Source: an uncultured bacterium (GTDB lineage: Bacteria; Patescibacteriota; Saccharimonadia; UBA4664; SCTI01). From it: DNA of 64,000 nucleotides. The stretch covers positions 167,943 through 231,942 of the forward strand of contig CAVRJJ010000005.1 in assembly GCA_963721685.1 (NCBI GenBank), given 5' to 3'. Each line of letters begins with the position of its first letter. The stretch's first letter is position 1. This document shows, one piece after another, positions 30,751 through 39,082 of the stretch. The notes beneath the pieces were generated by a model. The model worked only from the letters and a program-made list of their open reading frames with translations. It ran no database searches and had not been told where the DNA came from. Both the position numbers and the translations under genes were made by a program.

Positions 30751-32085
30751 ATGAAACTTGGACCTAACGTATTTAGAGCCTACGATATCCGAGGGATTGT
30801 ACCCCAGGAGCTAGACGCGGACGCCGCCGAGCAGATTGGCCGGGCTTTTGCTGCGCACTTGAATCCGCAAACGGTGGTGGTTGGCCGAGATGTACGCTTA
30901 ACGGGTGAAGAACTGCAAAAAAGGGTGATGCATGGGCTGGTCCGTTCGGGGGTAGACGTGCTGGATATAGGCCAAGTTTCCACCGACGCTTTTTACTACG
31001 CTTGCGCCACTAAGAGTATGCCCGGCATCATGGTTACCGCCTCACACAACCCGGCTGAATATAACGGCTTTAAAATGGTGCGGGATATGCCGTTTTTAGT
31101 AATGGCAAAGGAATTTAAAACCCATGTTTTGGATGAAACGTATACAGATGCTTCTACCGAAGGGGCAATCCACCCCACTTCAATAATCGAGGCTTTCCTT
31201 GACCATTTGTTAACAATTGTACCGGCCAAGAACTTGCGTCCATTGAAGGTGGTCATCGATACATCCAGCGGCGCGCAAGGACCCATATGGGATCAACTGG
31301 CTGCAAGGTTGCCGATTTCGATTACCCCGTTGTTCTTTGAGCCTGACGGTACCTTCCCCGGTCATGGCAACGATGTTATTCAGCCCGCCAACCAGGAACC
31401 ATTGCGGAAAAAAGTAGTAGAAACCGGCGCCGATCTCGGACTGATTTTCGATCCGGACGGCGATCGTTGCTTGCTCGTTGATGACCGAGGTGAAACCGTC
31501 CCGGGCGATTTCGTAACTGCCCTGCTTTCAGCTGAAATCTTAAAACACCATCCGGGAGGAACCGTTCTTTATGACATTCGGGCCAGCGACGCCGTACCGG
31601 CCATTATTGAACAGGCCGGCGGCAAAGCTTTTGTGTGGAAGCCAGGGCATGTGTATATAAAACAAAAAATGAAAGAGCTTGACGCGGTTTTTGGAGGGGA
31701 GGTGTCCGGCCATTATTATTTTCGGGATTTTTGGGGGGCTGACTGCGGGCTACTGGCGGGCCTGACCATTTTAGAATATGTTAGCCAGCTAGAGGGGCGC
31801 CTCAGTGCCAAGGTGGAAGAATTGGAATCAATCTATCATTTAAGCGGTGAAATTAATTCCAGTGTTGAAGATATACCGGCGGTTCTTAAACGCCTTCGCG
31901 AGCGCTACCATGACGCCACCATGAACGAACTAAGTGGTCTGGAAATCCGCTACCCCGATTGGCGTTGCGTAGTCCGCCCATCAGATAATGAGCCGTTGAT
32001 TCGGTTAACGCTCGAGGCCGACTCTCAGGAAAAAATGATGCAAAAACGAAATGAAGTACTGTCCCTAATCCGGCAGGGGTCCTAA
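30751..32085 (+). CDS. manB: Phosphomannomutase/phosphoglucomutase
   Basis: Active-site loop TASHNPAEYNGFK. The metal-binding DPDGDR is present. Confidence 0.85.
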   Translation: MKLGPNVFRAYDIRGIVPQELDADAAEQIGRAFAAHLNPQTVVVGRDVRLTGEELQKRVMHGLVRSGVDVLDIGQVSTDAFYYACATKSMPGIMVTASHNPAEYNGFKMVRDMPFLVMAKEFKTHVLDETYTDASTEGAIHPTSIIEAFLDHLLTIVPAKNLRPLKVVIDTSSGAQGPIWDQLAARLPISITPLFFEPDGTFPGHGNDVIQPANQEPLRKKVVETGADLGLIFDPDGDRCLLVDDRGETVPGDFVTALLSAEILKHHPGGTVLYDIRASDAVPAIIEQAGGKAFVWKPGHVYIKQKMKELDAVFGGEVSGHYYFRDFWGADCGLLAGLTILEYVSQLEGRLSAKVEELESIYHLSGEINSSVEDIPAVLKRLRERYHDATMNELSGLEIRYPDWRCVVRPSDNEPLIRLTLEADSQEKMMQKRNEVLSLIRQGS

Positions 32086-32088
32086 GGC

Positions 32089-33915
32089 ATGTGCGGGATT
32101 ATTGGCTATGTCGGGCCCCAAAAAGCAGCCCCCATACTGCTGTCCGGTTTGCGCCGCATGGAGTACCGCGGCTACGACTCGGCTGGAATGGCATTGTTGG
32201 ATAACCACTCCATTGAGCTGATTAAGCGTAAGGGTAAAATAGCGGAATTGGCGGCGGCGGTGCCCGACGGCGTGGCGGGAACAACCGGCATCGGCCATAC
32301 CCGGTGGGCGACCCACGGTAATCCCAGCGAACGTAACGCCCACCCGCACGTGGCTAGCAAAATCGCGTTGGTCCATAACGGTATTATTGAAAATTACGTC
32401 CAGCTCAAGGAAAAACTGGCAAAGGTGGGTGTTAAAACTTATAACAGCGATACCGATTCGGAGGTACTTGCCCATTTAATCAATCATGAGCTGAGTGAAG
32501 GCCGTAAGCTGCCGGAGGCGGTACGGCGCAGCCTGCAGCAGGTGGAGGGTACATTCGGCCTGGCGGTCATCAGTTCCGATGATCCCAACGTAATGGTGGC
32601 AGCCCGCCGTGGTAGCCCCTTGCTGTTGGGAATTGGCGAAGATGCCATGTTCATTGCCAGCGATGCCAGCGCCATTATTGGTTATACCGACCGTGTCGTG
32701 TACTTGGAAGACGATCAAGTCGCGGTTTGCCATGCCCGCCAGTACCGCTTATTTGACTTAAGTCGGCGCATTCACGAACCTTCAGTCACAACCTTAAAGC
32801 TTGAATTGGCCGCCATTGAGAAGGCCGGCTATGATCATTTCCTGCTAAAAGAAATTATGGAGCAGCCGGTATCGGTAGCCAACGCCTTGCGCGGCCGTCT
32901 TGATCTTAAGGGCGGAACCAGCCATTTGGGCGGGCTTAATGTACATGATAGCTTTTTGCGCCAACAGGAACGCTTCTTAATTATTGGCTGCGGCACAGCC
33001 TATTACGCGGGATTGGTAGGAAAGTACTTATTAGAGCGCATGACCGGAATTCCGGTGGATGTTGAAGTTGGCTCGGAGTTTCGTTACCGCGACCCAGCCT
33101 TAACGCCAGGAACGCTGGCTTTGCTGATTACCCAATCAGGGGAAACCGCCGACACGATGGCGTCATTAAAGGAGCTAAAGCGCCGCGGTGTCCCAACGTT
33201 GGGACTGGTTAATGTGGTGGGCTCTTCCATTGCCCGCGGGGTGGATGGGGGAGTGTATTTGCATGCCGGACCGGAGATATCGGTAGCTTCCACCAAGGCT
33301 TTCACCGCCCAAGTGGTTGGCCAGTTGATGGTTGGGTTGCAGGTGGGCAAGGCCCGCAATTTAAGCTTGCGGACAGGGCGTGAAATTGTACGGGCGTTGG
33401 AATCATTGCCGGAGGCCATTACCGAAGCGCTTAAACTGGCTCCGGAAGTAGAAAGGCTGGCTAAGAAGTACGCTAAATTTGAGCACGCCATGTACTTAGG
33501 CCGCGATAGCTTGTTCCCGGTAGCACTGGAGGGTTCGCACAAGCTCAAAGAATGTTCCTACATCCACGCCGAAGCCTATCCGGCCGGCGAGATGAAGCAC
33601 GGCGCCAACGCCTTAATAGACAAAGACTTACTTATGATATTTCTGGCACTCAAAAATGAGCTTTACGCTAAAACCATGAGTAACCTTCAGGAAGTGCGAG
33701 CGCGGGCCGGCACGGTAATCGCCGTGGCTACCGAAGGCGACACCGCTATTAAAAAGCAAGCCCAAGACGTTTTGTATGTACCTGATGTGTCTCCCTGGAT
33801 ACAACCTTTAGTCGCCAATATTCCCCTTCAACTTTTAGCTTATTATATTGCTGTCGAACGGGGGACGGACGTTGACCAGCCCCGCAATTTAGCGAAAAGC
33901 GTGACGGTGGAGTAG
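32089..33915 (+). CDS. glmS: Glutamine--fructose-6-phosphate aminotransferase
   Basis: N-terminal MCGIIGYVG (Ntn amidotransferase Cys2), two SIS domains and the C-terminal ...VE. Confidence 0.95.
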   Translation: MCGIIGYVGPQKAAPILLSGLRRMEYRGYDSAGMALLDNHSIELIKRKGKIAELAAAVPDGVAGTTGIGHTRWATHGNPSERNAHPHVASKIALVHNGIIENYVQLKEKLAKVGVKTYNSDTDSEVLAHLINHELSEGRKLPEAVRRSLQQVEGTFGLAVISSDDPNVMVAARRGSPLLLGIGEDAMFIASDASAIIGYTDRVVYLEDDQVAVCHARQYRLFDLSRRIHEPSVTTLKLELAAIEKAGYDHFLLKEIMEQPVSVANALRGRLDLKGGTSHLGGLNVHDSFLRQQERFLIIGCGTAYYAGLVGKYLLERMTGIPVDVEVGSEFRYRDPALTPGTLALLITQSGETADTMASLKELKRRGVPTLGLVNVVGSSIARGVDGGVYLHAGPEISVASTKAFTAQVVGQLMVGLQVGKARNLSLRTGREIVRALESLPEAITEALKLAPEVERLAKKYAKFEHAMYLGRDSLFPVALEGSHKLKECSYIHAEAYPAGEMKHGANALIDKDLLMIFLALKNELYAKTMSNLQEVRARAGTVIAVATEGDTAIKKQAQDVLYVPDVSPWIQPLVANIPLQLLAYYIAVERGTDVDQPRNLAKSVTVE

Positions 33916-33996
33916 CCTCAAATTTAATTGACATTTCGCTTTTTGTTCGCCATACTAAAACCAAACACTATTATTCATAATTATGAGGGAGGTTGC

Positions 33997-34617
33997 ATGG
34001 CGGAACCGCTGACAAAACGGCAAAAGGAGGTACTGGACTACGTAACCCAGTACATCGAAGTTAATGGGTACGCGCCAAGTTACCGCGAGATTGCCGAGGC
34101 GTTTCACCTTGGTTCAGTTGCCACCGTGGCCGACCATGTTGAAACTCTGGTTGCTAAAGGCTTACTGAAAAAAGGTGATAACTCTGCCCGTTCCCTGCAA
34201 TTGGTAAAAGAAGAAGATTTCAACAGCGACCATTTCGTTGGGCTGCCTATCCTTGGTATGATTGCCGCCGGCCAGCCCATCCAAACCATGACCGGCCACG
34301 CCGAAACCTTGGAGGTGCCCCAATTTATGGTAGGCACGAAGAATTCTTACGTGCTGCAAGTGAAGGGCGACTCGATGATTGAAGAAGGCATTTTTGAGGG
34401 GGATTACGTGGTCATCCAAGAGAAGGAAGTCCCTTCCAACGGGGATATGGTTGTGGCGCTTGTTAATAACGAAGAAGCGACCTTAAAGCGCTACTATAAG
34501 GAAAAGGGCCATACCCGGTTGCAGCCGTCAAACGACGCTTATGACCCTATCATTGTGCCAGCTTCCACCCCCTTAAAAATCCAAGGAGTATGCATTGGGG
34601 TCATCCGCAAATACTAA
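33997..34617 (+). CDS. lexA: LexA repressor
   Basis: N-terminal wHTH (LTKRQKEVLDYV), S24 peptidase Ser (KGDSM) and Lys (ATLKR). Strong RBS GAGGGAGG at 33985-33992. The track start at 33928 is an upstream in-frame ATG without an RBS. Confidence 0.9.
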   Translation: MAEPLTKRQKEVLDYVTQYIEVNGYAPSYREIAEAFHLGSVATVADHVETLVAKGLLKKGDNSARSLQLVKEEDFNSDHFVGLPILGMIAAGQPIQTMTGHAETLEVPQFMVGTKNSYVLQVKGDSMIEEGIFEGDYVVIQEKEVPSNGDMVVALVNNEEATLKRYYKEKGHTRLQPSNDAYDPIIVPASTPLKIQGVCIGVIRKY

Positions 34618-34722
34618 TAATAAACGCTACCTCCGCCGTCTTTTCCGCAAATACCTTTTTTCTTACACCTTCGAGCCGCTAACGCCGCCTAAAAAGGACT
34701 CAGCGAAGTCAAAAAACCAGAG

Positions 34723-34752
34723 TTGACCAGATAGAGCCGGGAATCGTATACT
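34723..34752 (+). promoter_or_regulatory. Putative sigma70-type promoter of tRNA-Asn
   Basis: TTGACC (34723-34728) - 18 nt - TATACT (34747-34752), 18 nt upstream of the tRNA 5' end. Confidence 0.4.
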
Positions 34753-34770
34753 GTCGAAGTACTTACGCGA

Positions 34771-34845
34771 TCCGGCGTAGCTCAGTGGTAGAGCAGTTGA
34801 CTGTTAATCAATTGGTCGCAGGTTCGAATCCTGCCGCCGGAGCCA
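34771..34845 (+). tRNA. tRNA-Asn (anticodon GUU), CCA encoded
   Basis: Manual fold: acceptor TCCGGCG/CGCCGGA, D arm GCTC-AGTGGTA-GAGC, anticodon arm GTTGA-CTGTTAA-TCAAT (GTT), T arm GCAGG-TTCGAAT-CCTGC, discriminator G, CCA. Confidence 0.9.
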
Positions 34846-34932
34846 AAGGCGAGAAGATAACTTCTGTTATCGCCTCGCCTTTTGTTTTGGCAGGCAGGCT
34901 CCAAACCTAGGTTCGGTGGATGAGGAAATAGA
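34839..34932 (+). repeat. Direct repeat copy 1 (tRNA 3' end GGAGCCA + terminator hairpin + ~50 bp), bracketing the GAF cassette
   Basis: About 80% identical to 35569..35663. Both begin with GGAGCCAAAGGCGAGAAGATAAC and share ...AAACCTRGGTTCGGTGGATGAGGAAAT. Confidence 0.7.
34848..34888 (+). terminator. Rho-independent terminator after tRNA-Asn
   Basis: GGCGAG-AA-GATAAC TTCT GTTATC-GC-CTCGCC followed by TTTTGTTTT. Confidence 0.6.
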
Positions 34933-35050
34933 ATACAACGACTAAGCCAGACGTACACGTGGTATACTTCGATTAATATATACTTCAAGTATCACGTCCT
35001 ATTATTAACAAGGGGAGCATGCCATTAAAACAAGCATTCTAGATGATGAG

Positions 35051-35476
35051 TTGAAGCAAATCCGAGAGTTAGACAAAATCACCAGCGATGCGTCAGAATT
35101 CTTTAATGTCCCTTACGCGATGATAAATCTCGTAACATCGGATAGAGTTATATTCAAGTCTTGTACTGGTCTGGTTGTGGGCGATTCATTGGATCGTAAT
35201 GGTTCATTTTGCTCAGCGGCTTCGCAAAAAGATAGTCCGCTGGTCATAAAAGATGCGACTCAGGACTCTTACTTTAAAACTAATCCGCTGGTCGTTGGAA
35301 GCTTAAAAATACGATCATATGCTGGAAAATCATTACATGCACCTGACGGCACACGGATGGGCACTCTCTGCCTCCTCGATACAGTACCAAGAGATTACAC
35401 GAAGGAGCAGCTTCGTTCTTTGACGGACCGGGCAAAGCTGGCGAGCATAACGCTACATGCGATTTTAACTACCTAG
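35051..35476 (+). CDS. Stand-alone GAF-domain protein
   Basis: 141 aa with a GAF-like pattern of conserved Gly/Cys/Asp. TTG start with a weak RBS; the start is uncertain. Confidence 0.5.
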   Translation: MKQIRELDKITSDASEFFNVPYAMINLVTSDRVIFKSCTGLVVGDSLDRNGSFCSAASQKDSPLVIKDATQDSYFKTNPLVVGSLKIRSYAGKSLHAPDGTRMGTLCLLDTVPRDYTKEQLRSLTDRAKLASITLHAILTT

Positions 35477-35568
35477 CCAATTGCGCCTGGTGCCGCGGTG
35501 CGCAACATCCCCAACAATTTCTTTTGTGGTCATGGCAGGTTAAGCAGTTTGAAAATCGTCCCAGATGG

Positions 35569-35663
35569 GGAGCCAAAGGCGAGAAGATAACATCGGTTAT
35601 CGCCTCGCCCTTTGTTTTAGATGGAGGGATGCGAAACCTGGGTTCGGTGGATGAGGAAATGGA
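35569..35663 (+). repeat. Direct repeat copy 2, including a second terminator hairpin with covarying loop (ATCG instead of TTCT)
   Basis: GGAGCCAAAGGCGAGAAGATAACATCGGTTATCGCCTCGCCCTTTGTTTT... The stem is preserved and the loop changed. Confidence 0.7.
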
Positions 35664-35717
35664 TGAGAATGCACGCCAGTATATTCTTTCCAATGACGAA
35701 GGAGGTGGCGAAGCCAC

Positions 35718-35747
35718 AATCCTGCCGCCAGAGCCATTGCACTTATG
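35718..35747 (+). repeat. att-like junction 1: 19-nt copy of the tRNA-Asn 3' half (AATCCTGCCGCCaGAGCCA, 1 mismatch) fused to TTGCACTTATG
   Basis: Compared by eye to 34827-34845 of the tRNA. Confidence 0.65.
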
Positions 35748-35825
35748 CCTGTTCCATCATTCTGTTATTGTTAACGAATGCGGAGACATCCATAAATAGC
35801 ATCGCTTATTCTCGCAGTAATATTA

Positions 35826-36239
35826 GTGCCCTCTCTTTTTTTCGGCTTTCAAGCAGTCAAAGAGGAAAGTACTAAGAGTAATATAAAATCGGAGCTAGCT
35901 TCATTTAAAACCCCCAATGGTTGCACAGAAGTCGACAGAGCTTACCAAGCAGGAGGAATTGATGTTAAGTCCTTATGGTACGTTTACTATGAGTGCAGTG
36001 CCACGGTAGGGGTCATTCATTCTGACTTAATGAGTGCTTTGAAGAAAAATGGCTATATTGTCAGTGATGACCCTTTTGACAAAGAAGAGCATTTTGACCG
36101 GCACCTCAGCATTCCATTTTATAAATCACAAGAGTATTTGGCTTCCTGCGCCTTTGATTTTTCAGAATGGGAAGAAAGTGGTAAAACTTTTGAAAATCGT
36201 AATGTCAAAAAGATCACTCTTTCTCTAAGAAAAATATAA
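35826..36239 (+). CDS. Hypothetical protein (cassette gene)
   Basis: 137-aa ORF downstream of junction 1. No recognizable domain; start uncertain. Confidence 0.4.
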   Translation: MPSLFFGFQAVKEESTKSNIKSELASFKTPNGCTEVDRAYQAGGIDVKSLWYVYYECSATVGVIHSDLMSALKKNGYIVSDDPFDKEEHFDRHLSIPFYKSQEYLASCAFDFSEWEESGKTFENRNVKKITLSLRKI

Positions 36240-36357
36240 GCATTTAGAGTAGATTTCTTCCAGACCCTGTTTTACGCACCGAAGGTAGCGGTTAGTCGCT
36301 TAGCTTCCTCTAAATCACAATCAAACTCTGTTTCTTTGTTCTGGAACAAGACCGCTA

Positions 36358-36378
36358 GGGGGAGCCATTGCACTTATG
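36358..36378 (+). repeat. att-like junction 2 (GGGGGAGCCATTGCACTTATG)
   Basis: Motif copy preceded by CGCTAGGG, as at junction 6. Confidence 0.55.
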
Positions 36379-36383
36379 TTTGC

Positions 36384-38156
36384 TCAATTCAAGTTAAAAG
36401 AAAAATTGTCAGGATTTATATCATAGTCTGGAGCAAGTTTTTTAAATTCGGCTAAGAAAATACGATGAGCTTGGACTTTTAGTTGCGGAGGTACTTTTTG
36501 GCCTTCTGCTAAGCCAAGTCTCTGTAAGGTTCTACTTCCTGCCTCTTCAAGGGCTTTAGTGCGATGGCTGGTTAGCGATTCGGGTGCGTCCGTGGTCGGT
36601 TCACTTCCTAAGGCAATCCCTTCAGCTATTTGCGTAGGGATTTTAGGTGACGGCCTACCGACAAAAGCTTCTTGTAAATCTTCGGGCAAAGCCTTTACTA
36701 GTTCAAGAATTTTATCGGCCTCCGCGTCGCTCGCGTATAAAACGATGCCGTCAGCCCGCAATGATATCTTCTCGCCGCGTGCTGCTCGTTGTGTATCCTG
36801 GCATAGTTCCATAGCCCGATCCAGCATTTTGCCGTGGACTGTCAGACCTGATTCATTAGCTGCCTTCATAAGCGCTGAAAAAACCTTTACAGAATCCTCG
36901 GGTCTCGGGTTCAGGTAAATCCGCTTGGTCATTTCAGTATTTTGATTTCGCCCTTCCGCTTTAGCCTTAGCGTAGGAGTCACTTGACCAGTGAATAAATT
37001 GTCCTGAAACTTCTTCCTGAAAGCGTATATTAGGCCTTACCCCACGAACTTTGCCATCTGTGCTTAATATATTAATTGGTCTTGGTTCGCCGGGTATAGG
37101 AATAGGTAAGCCCTCAAACTGTATATCCTGTCCGCGAGCATGTGCACCAGCGGCAACTTTACTAAAGAATTCCCTTCCATCTGGATCGCCATCTCTTAGT
37201 TCTTGTTGATATCTAGTCCTGGCATCAACCAATAATTTCCTTTCGCCGCGACCGAGTTCGCCTGAAACCGCAATTTTTAAATTATCGGCGATCATTGCTC
37301 TGATTTGGCTATGAATATCAGCGAGCGTACCAGGCTTTTGGGCCGCTTCATAGTCATCCTGGGTCGCAGGCACTTTATCTAAAAATACCTTTAAGACGGT
37401 TGCTTCGCCTTCTGGATTTGTAAGCACTTCATTCAATAGATTCATAACGAAATCCTCGGAAAAGCCGCGCGATATTTTTTCAGCCTCTTCAAATGATGAG
37501 GCTCTAAATGGCAACTTTTCTTTTGATTTCGCTTCTTTTTCTTCTAAATCGACTAAGTCTTTGTATTCACCTAGCCTATAGTCATCATATCCCGGTGCTT
37601 TCAAGCGAATCATTTGCATCATAACTTTTTTTGCTATATTCACCTTTGCTAACTCTTCTTTGCGCCATTCTTTATCCTCACGGTTGGGACTGATACGGAC
37701 TGCATGTTCGCCATTGCTCCAAGCGTATCCAACATCAACGGCGTTCGCGCTTCCGCTTGCAATGATTTTTTGAGCGATGGCATCAATATCTGCGACATCA
37801 AGCTGGGTGGGGTAGATAGTACTTTCGGTATCTACGGGCTCTTCGGGTCTTTGATCTTCCGGGACACGCCTTCTAGTTTCCCTGACAACATTTAATAAGT
37901 TCTGGCTAGATCTATCGAATTCATCCGAATTAGTAATACTTTGAGCGACAGAATCTATAAGATTACCTCTGATGGTTTGAAGCTGTTCATCTGAGAATCG
38001 TTCGTAAGGATTTGGCGCTGTTTCGCTTTCTACTTTCGGCTGGCCAGCTTCGGGTTTTCCCTGTATAGCCTCAAGCTCTTCGGCCAAAGCTTCCCCTGAA
38101 AAGGTTTTAGTCTCAGATTGTGCTTCTGGTGTTGTAGTGCCCTCAGGATTACTCAT
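36384..38156 (-). CDS. Large acidic hypothetical protein (590 aa), no recognizable domain
   Basis: Long uninterrupted ORF with an E/D-rich N-terminus, possibly phage- or plasmid-derived. No catalytic motif identified by eye. Confidence 0.55.
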   Translation of the reverse strand: MSNPEGTTTPEAQSETKTFSGEALAEELEAIQGKPEAGQPKVESETAPNPYERFSDEQLQTIRGNLIDSVAQSITNSDEFDRSSQNLLNVVRETRRRVPEDQRPEEPVDTESTIYPTQLDVADIDAIAQKIIASGSANAVDVGYAWSNGEHAVRISPNREDKEWRKEELAKVNIAKKVMMQMIRLKAPGYDDYRLGEYKDLVDLEEKEAKSKEKLPFRASSFEEAEKISRGFSEDFVMNLLNEVLTNPEGEATVLKVFLDKVPATQDDYEAAQKPGTLADIHSQIRAMIADNLKIAVSGELGRGERKLLVDARTRYQQELRDGDPDGREFFSKVAAGAHARGQDIQFEGLPIPIPGEPRPINILSTDGKVRGVRPNIRFQEEVSGQFIHWSSDSYAKAKAEGRNQNTEMTKRIYLNPRPEDSVKVFSALMKAANESGLTVHGKMLDRAMELCQDTQRAARGEKISLRADGIVLYASDAEADKILELVKALPEDLQEAFVGRPSPKIPTQIAEGIALGSEPTTDAPESLTSHRTKALEEAGSRTLQRLGLAEGQKVPPQLKVQAHRIFLAEFKKLAPDYDINPDNFSFNLN

Positions 38157-38295
38157 ATACTCATTAAACGCTACCTATGCTTCAAAGTCTAACCTGGGAA
38201 ATAGCCGCGCGATTGACAAGTTTTCGCCAGGTTGAAGTAACTTCCCGATTTCTATCACCTCGTGCAGATATCCAGTTCGTAACGTCCGGGGCAAA

Positions 38296-38314
38296 GGGAG
38301 CCGTTGCACTTATG
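38296..38314 (+). repeat. att-like junction 3 (GGGAGCCGTTGCACTTATG)
   Basis: Motif copy in the divergent region between the 590-aa gene and the 171-aa gene. Confidence 0.55.
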
Positions 38315-38338
38315 TTTATAACCTGACACTATGAAGCT

Positions 38339-38854
38339 ATGATGAATCTCTATCATTTTGTTCCAGAAAACATGCAAGGGTCTGTTCTCTATTCACTTAA
38401 TGACATGAAGACAAAAATTCCCAAGCTTTTTAACCAACAGGCAGCTAAATATAAAGAGAGGGAGGAGGTGAAAGAAACGGCTATTCCGGGCTTAGGTGGC
38501 TGGAATGATGTTATCCATTTGTCTCCAATAGATCCGAACAAGGTTATGGCGGCGCTAAAAAATGCTAGTGTCCCGACCGACTTTGCATGGAAAGCGTTTC
38601 AGATCAACGCAGACACACTTGATTGGGCTAAGCTTATTATCATGGTGACTGTTAAAGACGAAGATGGTTACCACAAAGAGTTTCTGCCTTTTACCAAAGA
38701 GAACTACGAAAAGCACAATGACGTCCCCGAACTTACAAAGCAGTACTATTCAGAATGCGTTGCAAAAGGGGAACAGCCTTTAACCTATGGCGGTGCTCCT
38801 CATGTACTATATAAGGGCGTCATTGACACAAAAAGTTTGAAAATTATCTCTTAG
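38339..38854 (+). CDS. Hypothetical protein (171 aa)
   Basis: ORF directly after junction 3. No recognizable domain. Confidence 0.5.
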   Translation: MMNLYHFVPENMQGSVLYSLNDMKTKIPKLFNQQAAKYKEREEVKETAIPGLGGWNDVIHLSPIDPNKVMAALKNASVPTDFAWKAFQINADTLDWAKLIIMVTVKDEDGYHKEFLPFTKENYEKHNDVPELTKQYYSECVAKGEQPLTYGGAPHVLYKGVIDTKSLKIIS

Positions 38855-38877
38855 GGGGAGCCAATTTTGCATTTATA
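38854..38877 (+). repeat. att-like junction 3b, degenerate (GGGGGAGCCAATTTTGCATTTATAG)
   Basis: Starts at the stop codon of the 171-aa gene. Shares the GGAGCCA...TTGCA..TTAT skeleton. Confidence 0.4.
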
Positions 38878-39010
38878 GACGCCAAAGCTGCCTCTTCTAA
38901 GGGTAGCTCTCTGTTATGGGTTGGAGTCATTTAGATATGCAGCACGCCATCTTTTATTTTTTCTTCTAGCATAAGGAAAAAGGAAAAAATATATTTCAAA
39001 AAGCTAATGA

Positions 39011-39080
39011 TGACGACATATGATACGACATAGTATTAATAGAGTTGACATAGGACACGACATAGTGTAGTATTAAGACA
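39011..39080 (+). repeat. Two tandem ~32-bp iteron-like units with GACATA cores (39015, 39027, 39047, 39059) upstream of the DUF4325 gene
   Basis: GACATATGATACGACATAGTATTAATAGAGTT / GACATAGGACACGACATAGTGTAGTATTAAGA. Core spacing 12/20/12. Confidence 0.55.
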
Positions 39081-39082
39081 TT

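Noticed and set aside
33901-33996. Gram-positive Cheo box (CGAACNNNNGTTCG) upstream of lexA
   Set aside because: The only GTTCG (in TTTTGTTCGCC) lacks the partner half-site. It is therefore not called as an operator.
34782-34988. 68-aa minus-strand ORF overlapping tRNA-Asn
   Set aside because: It covers the tRNA gene and the terminator/direct repeat. The tRNA fold is unambiguous.
35524-35799. 91-aa ORF spanning direct-repeat copy 2 and junction 1
   Set aside because: It consists of translated repeat DNA. The same sequence in copy 1 is interrupted by stops, and it has no RBS.
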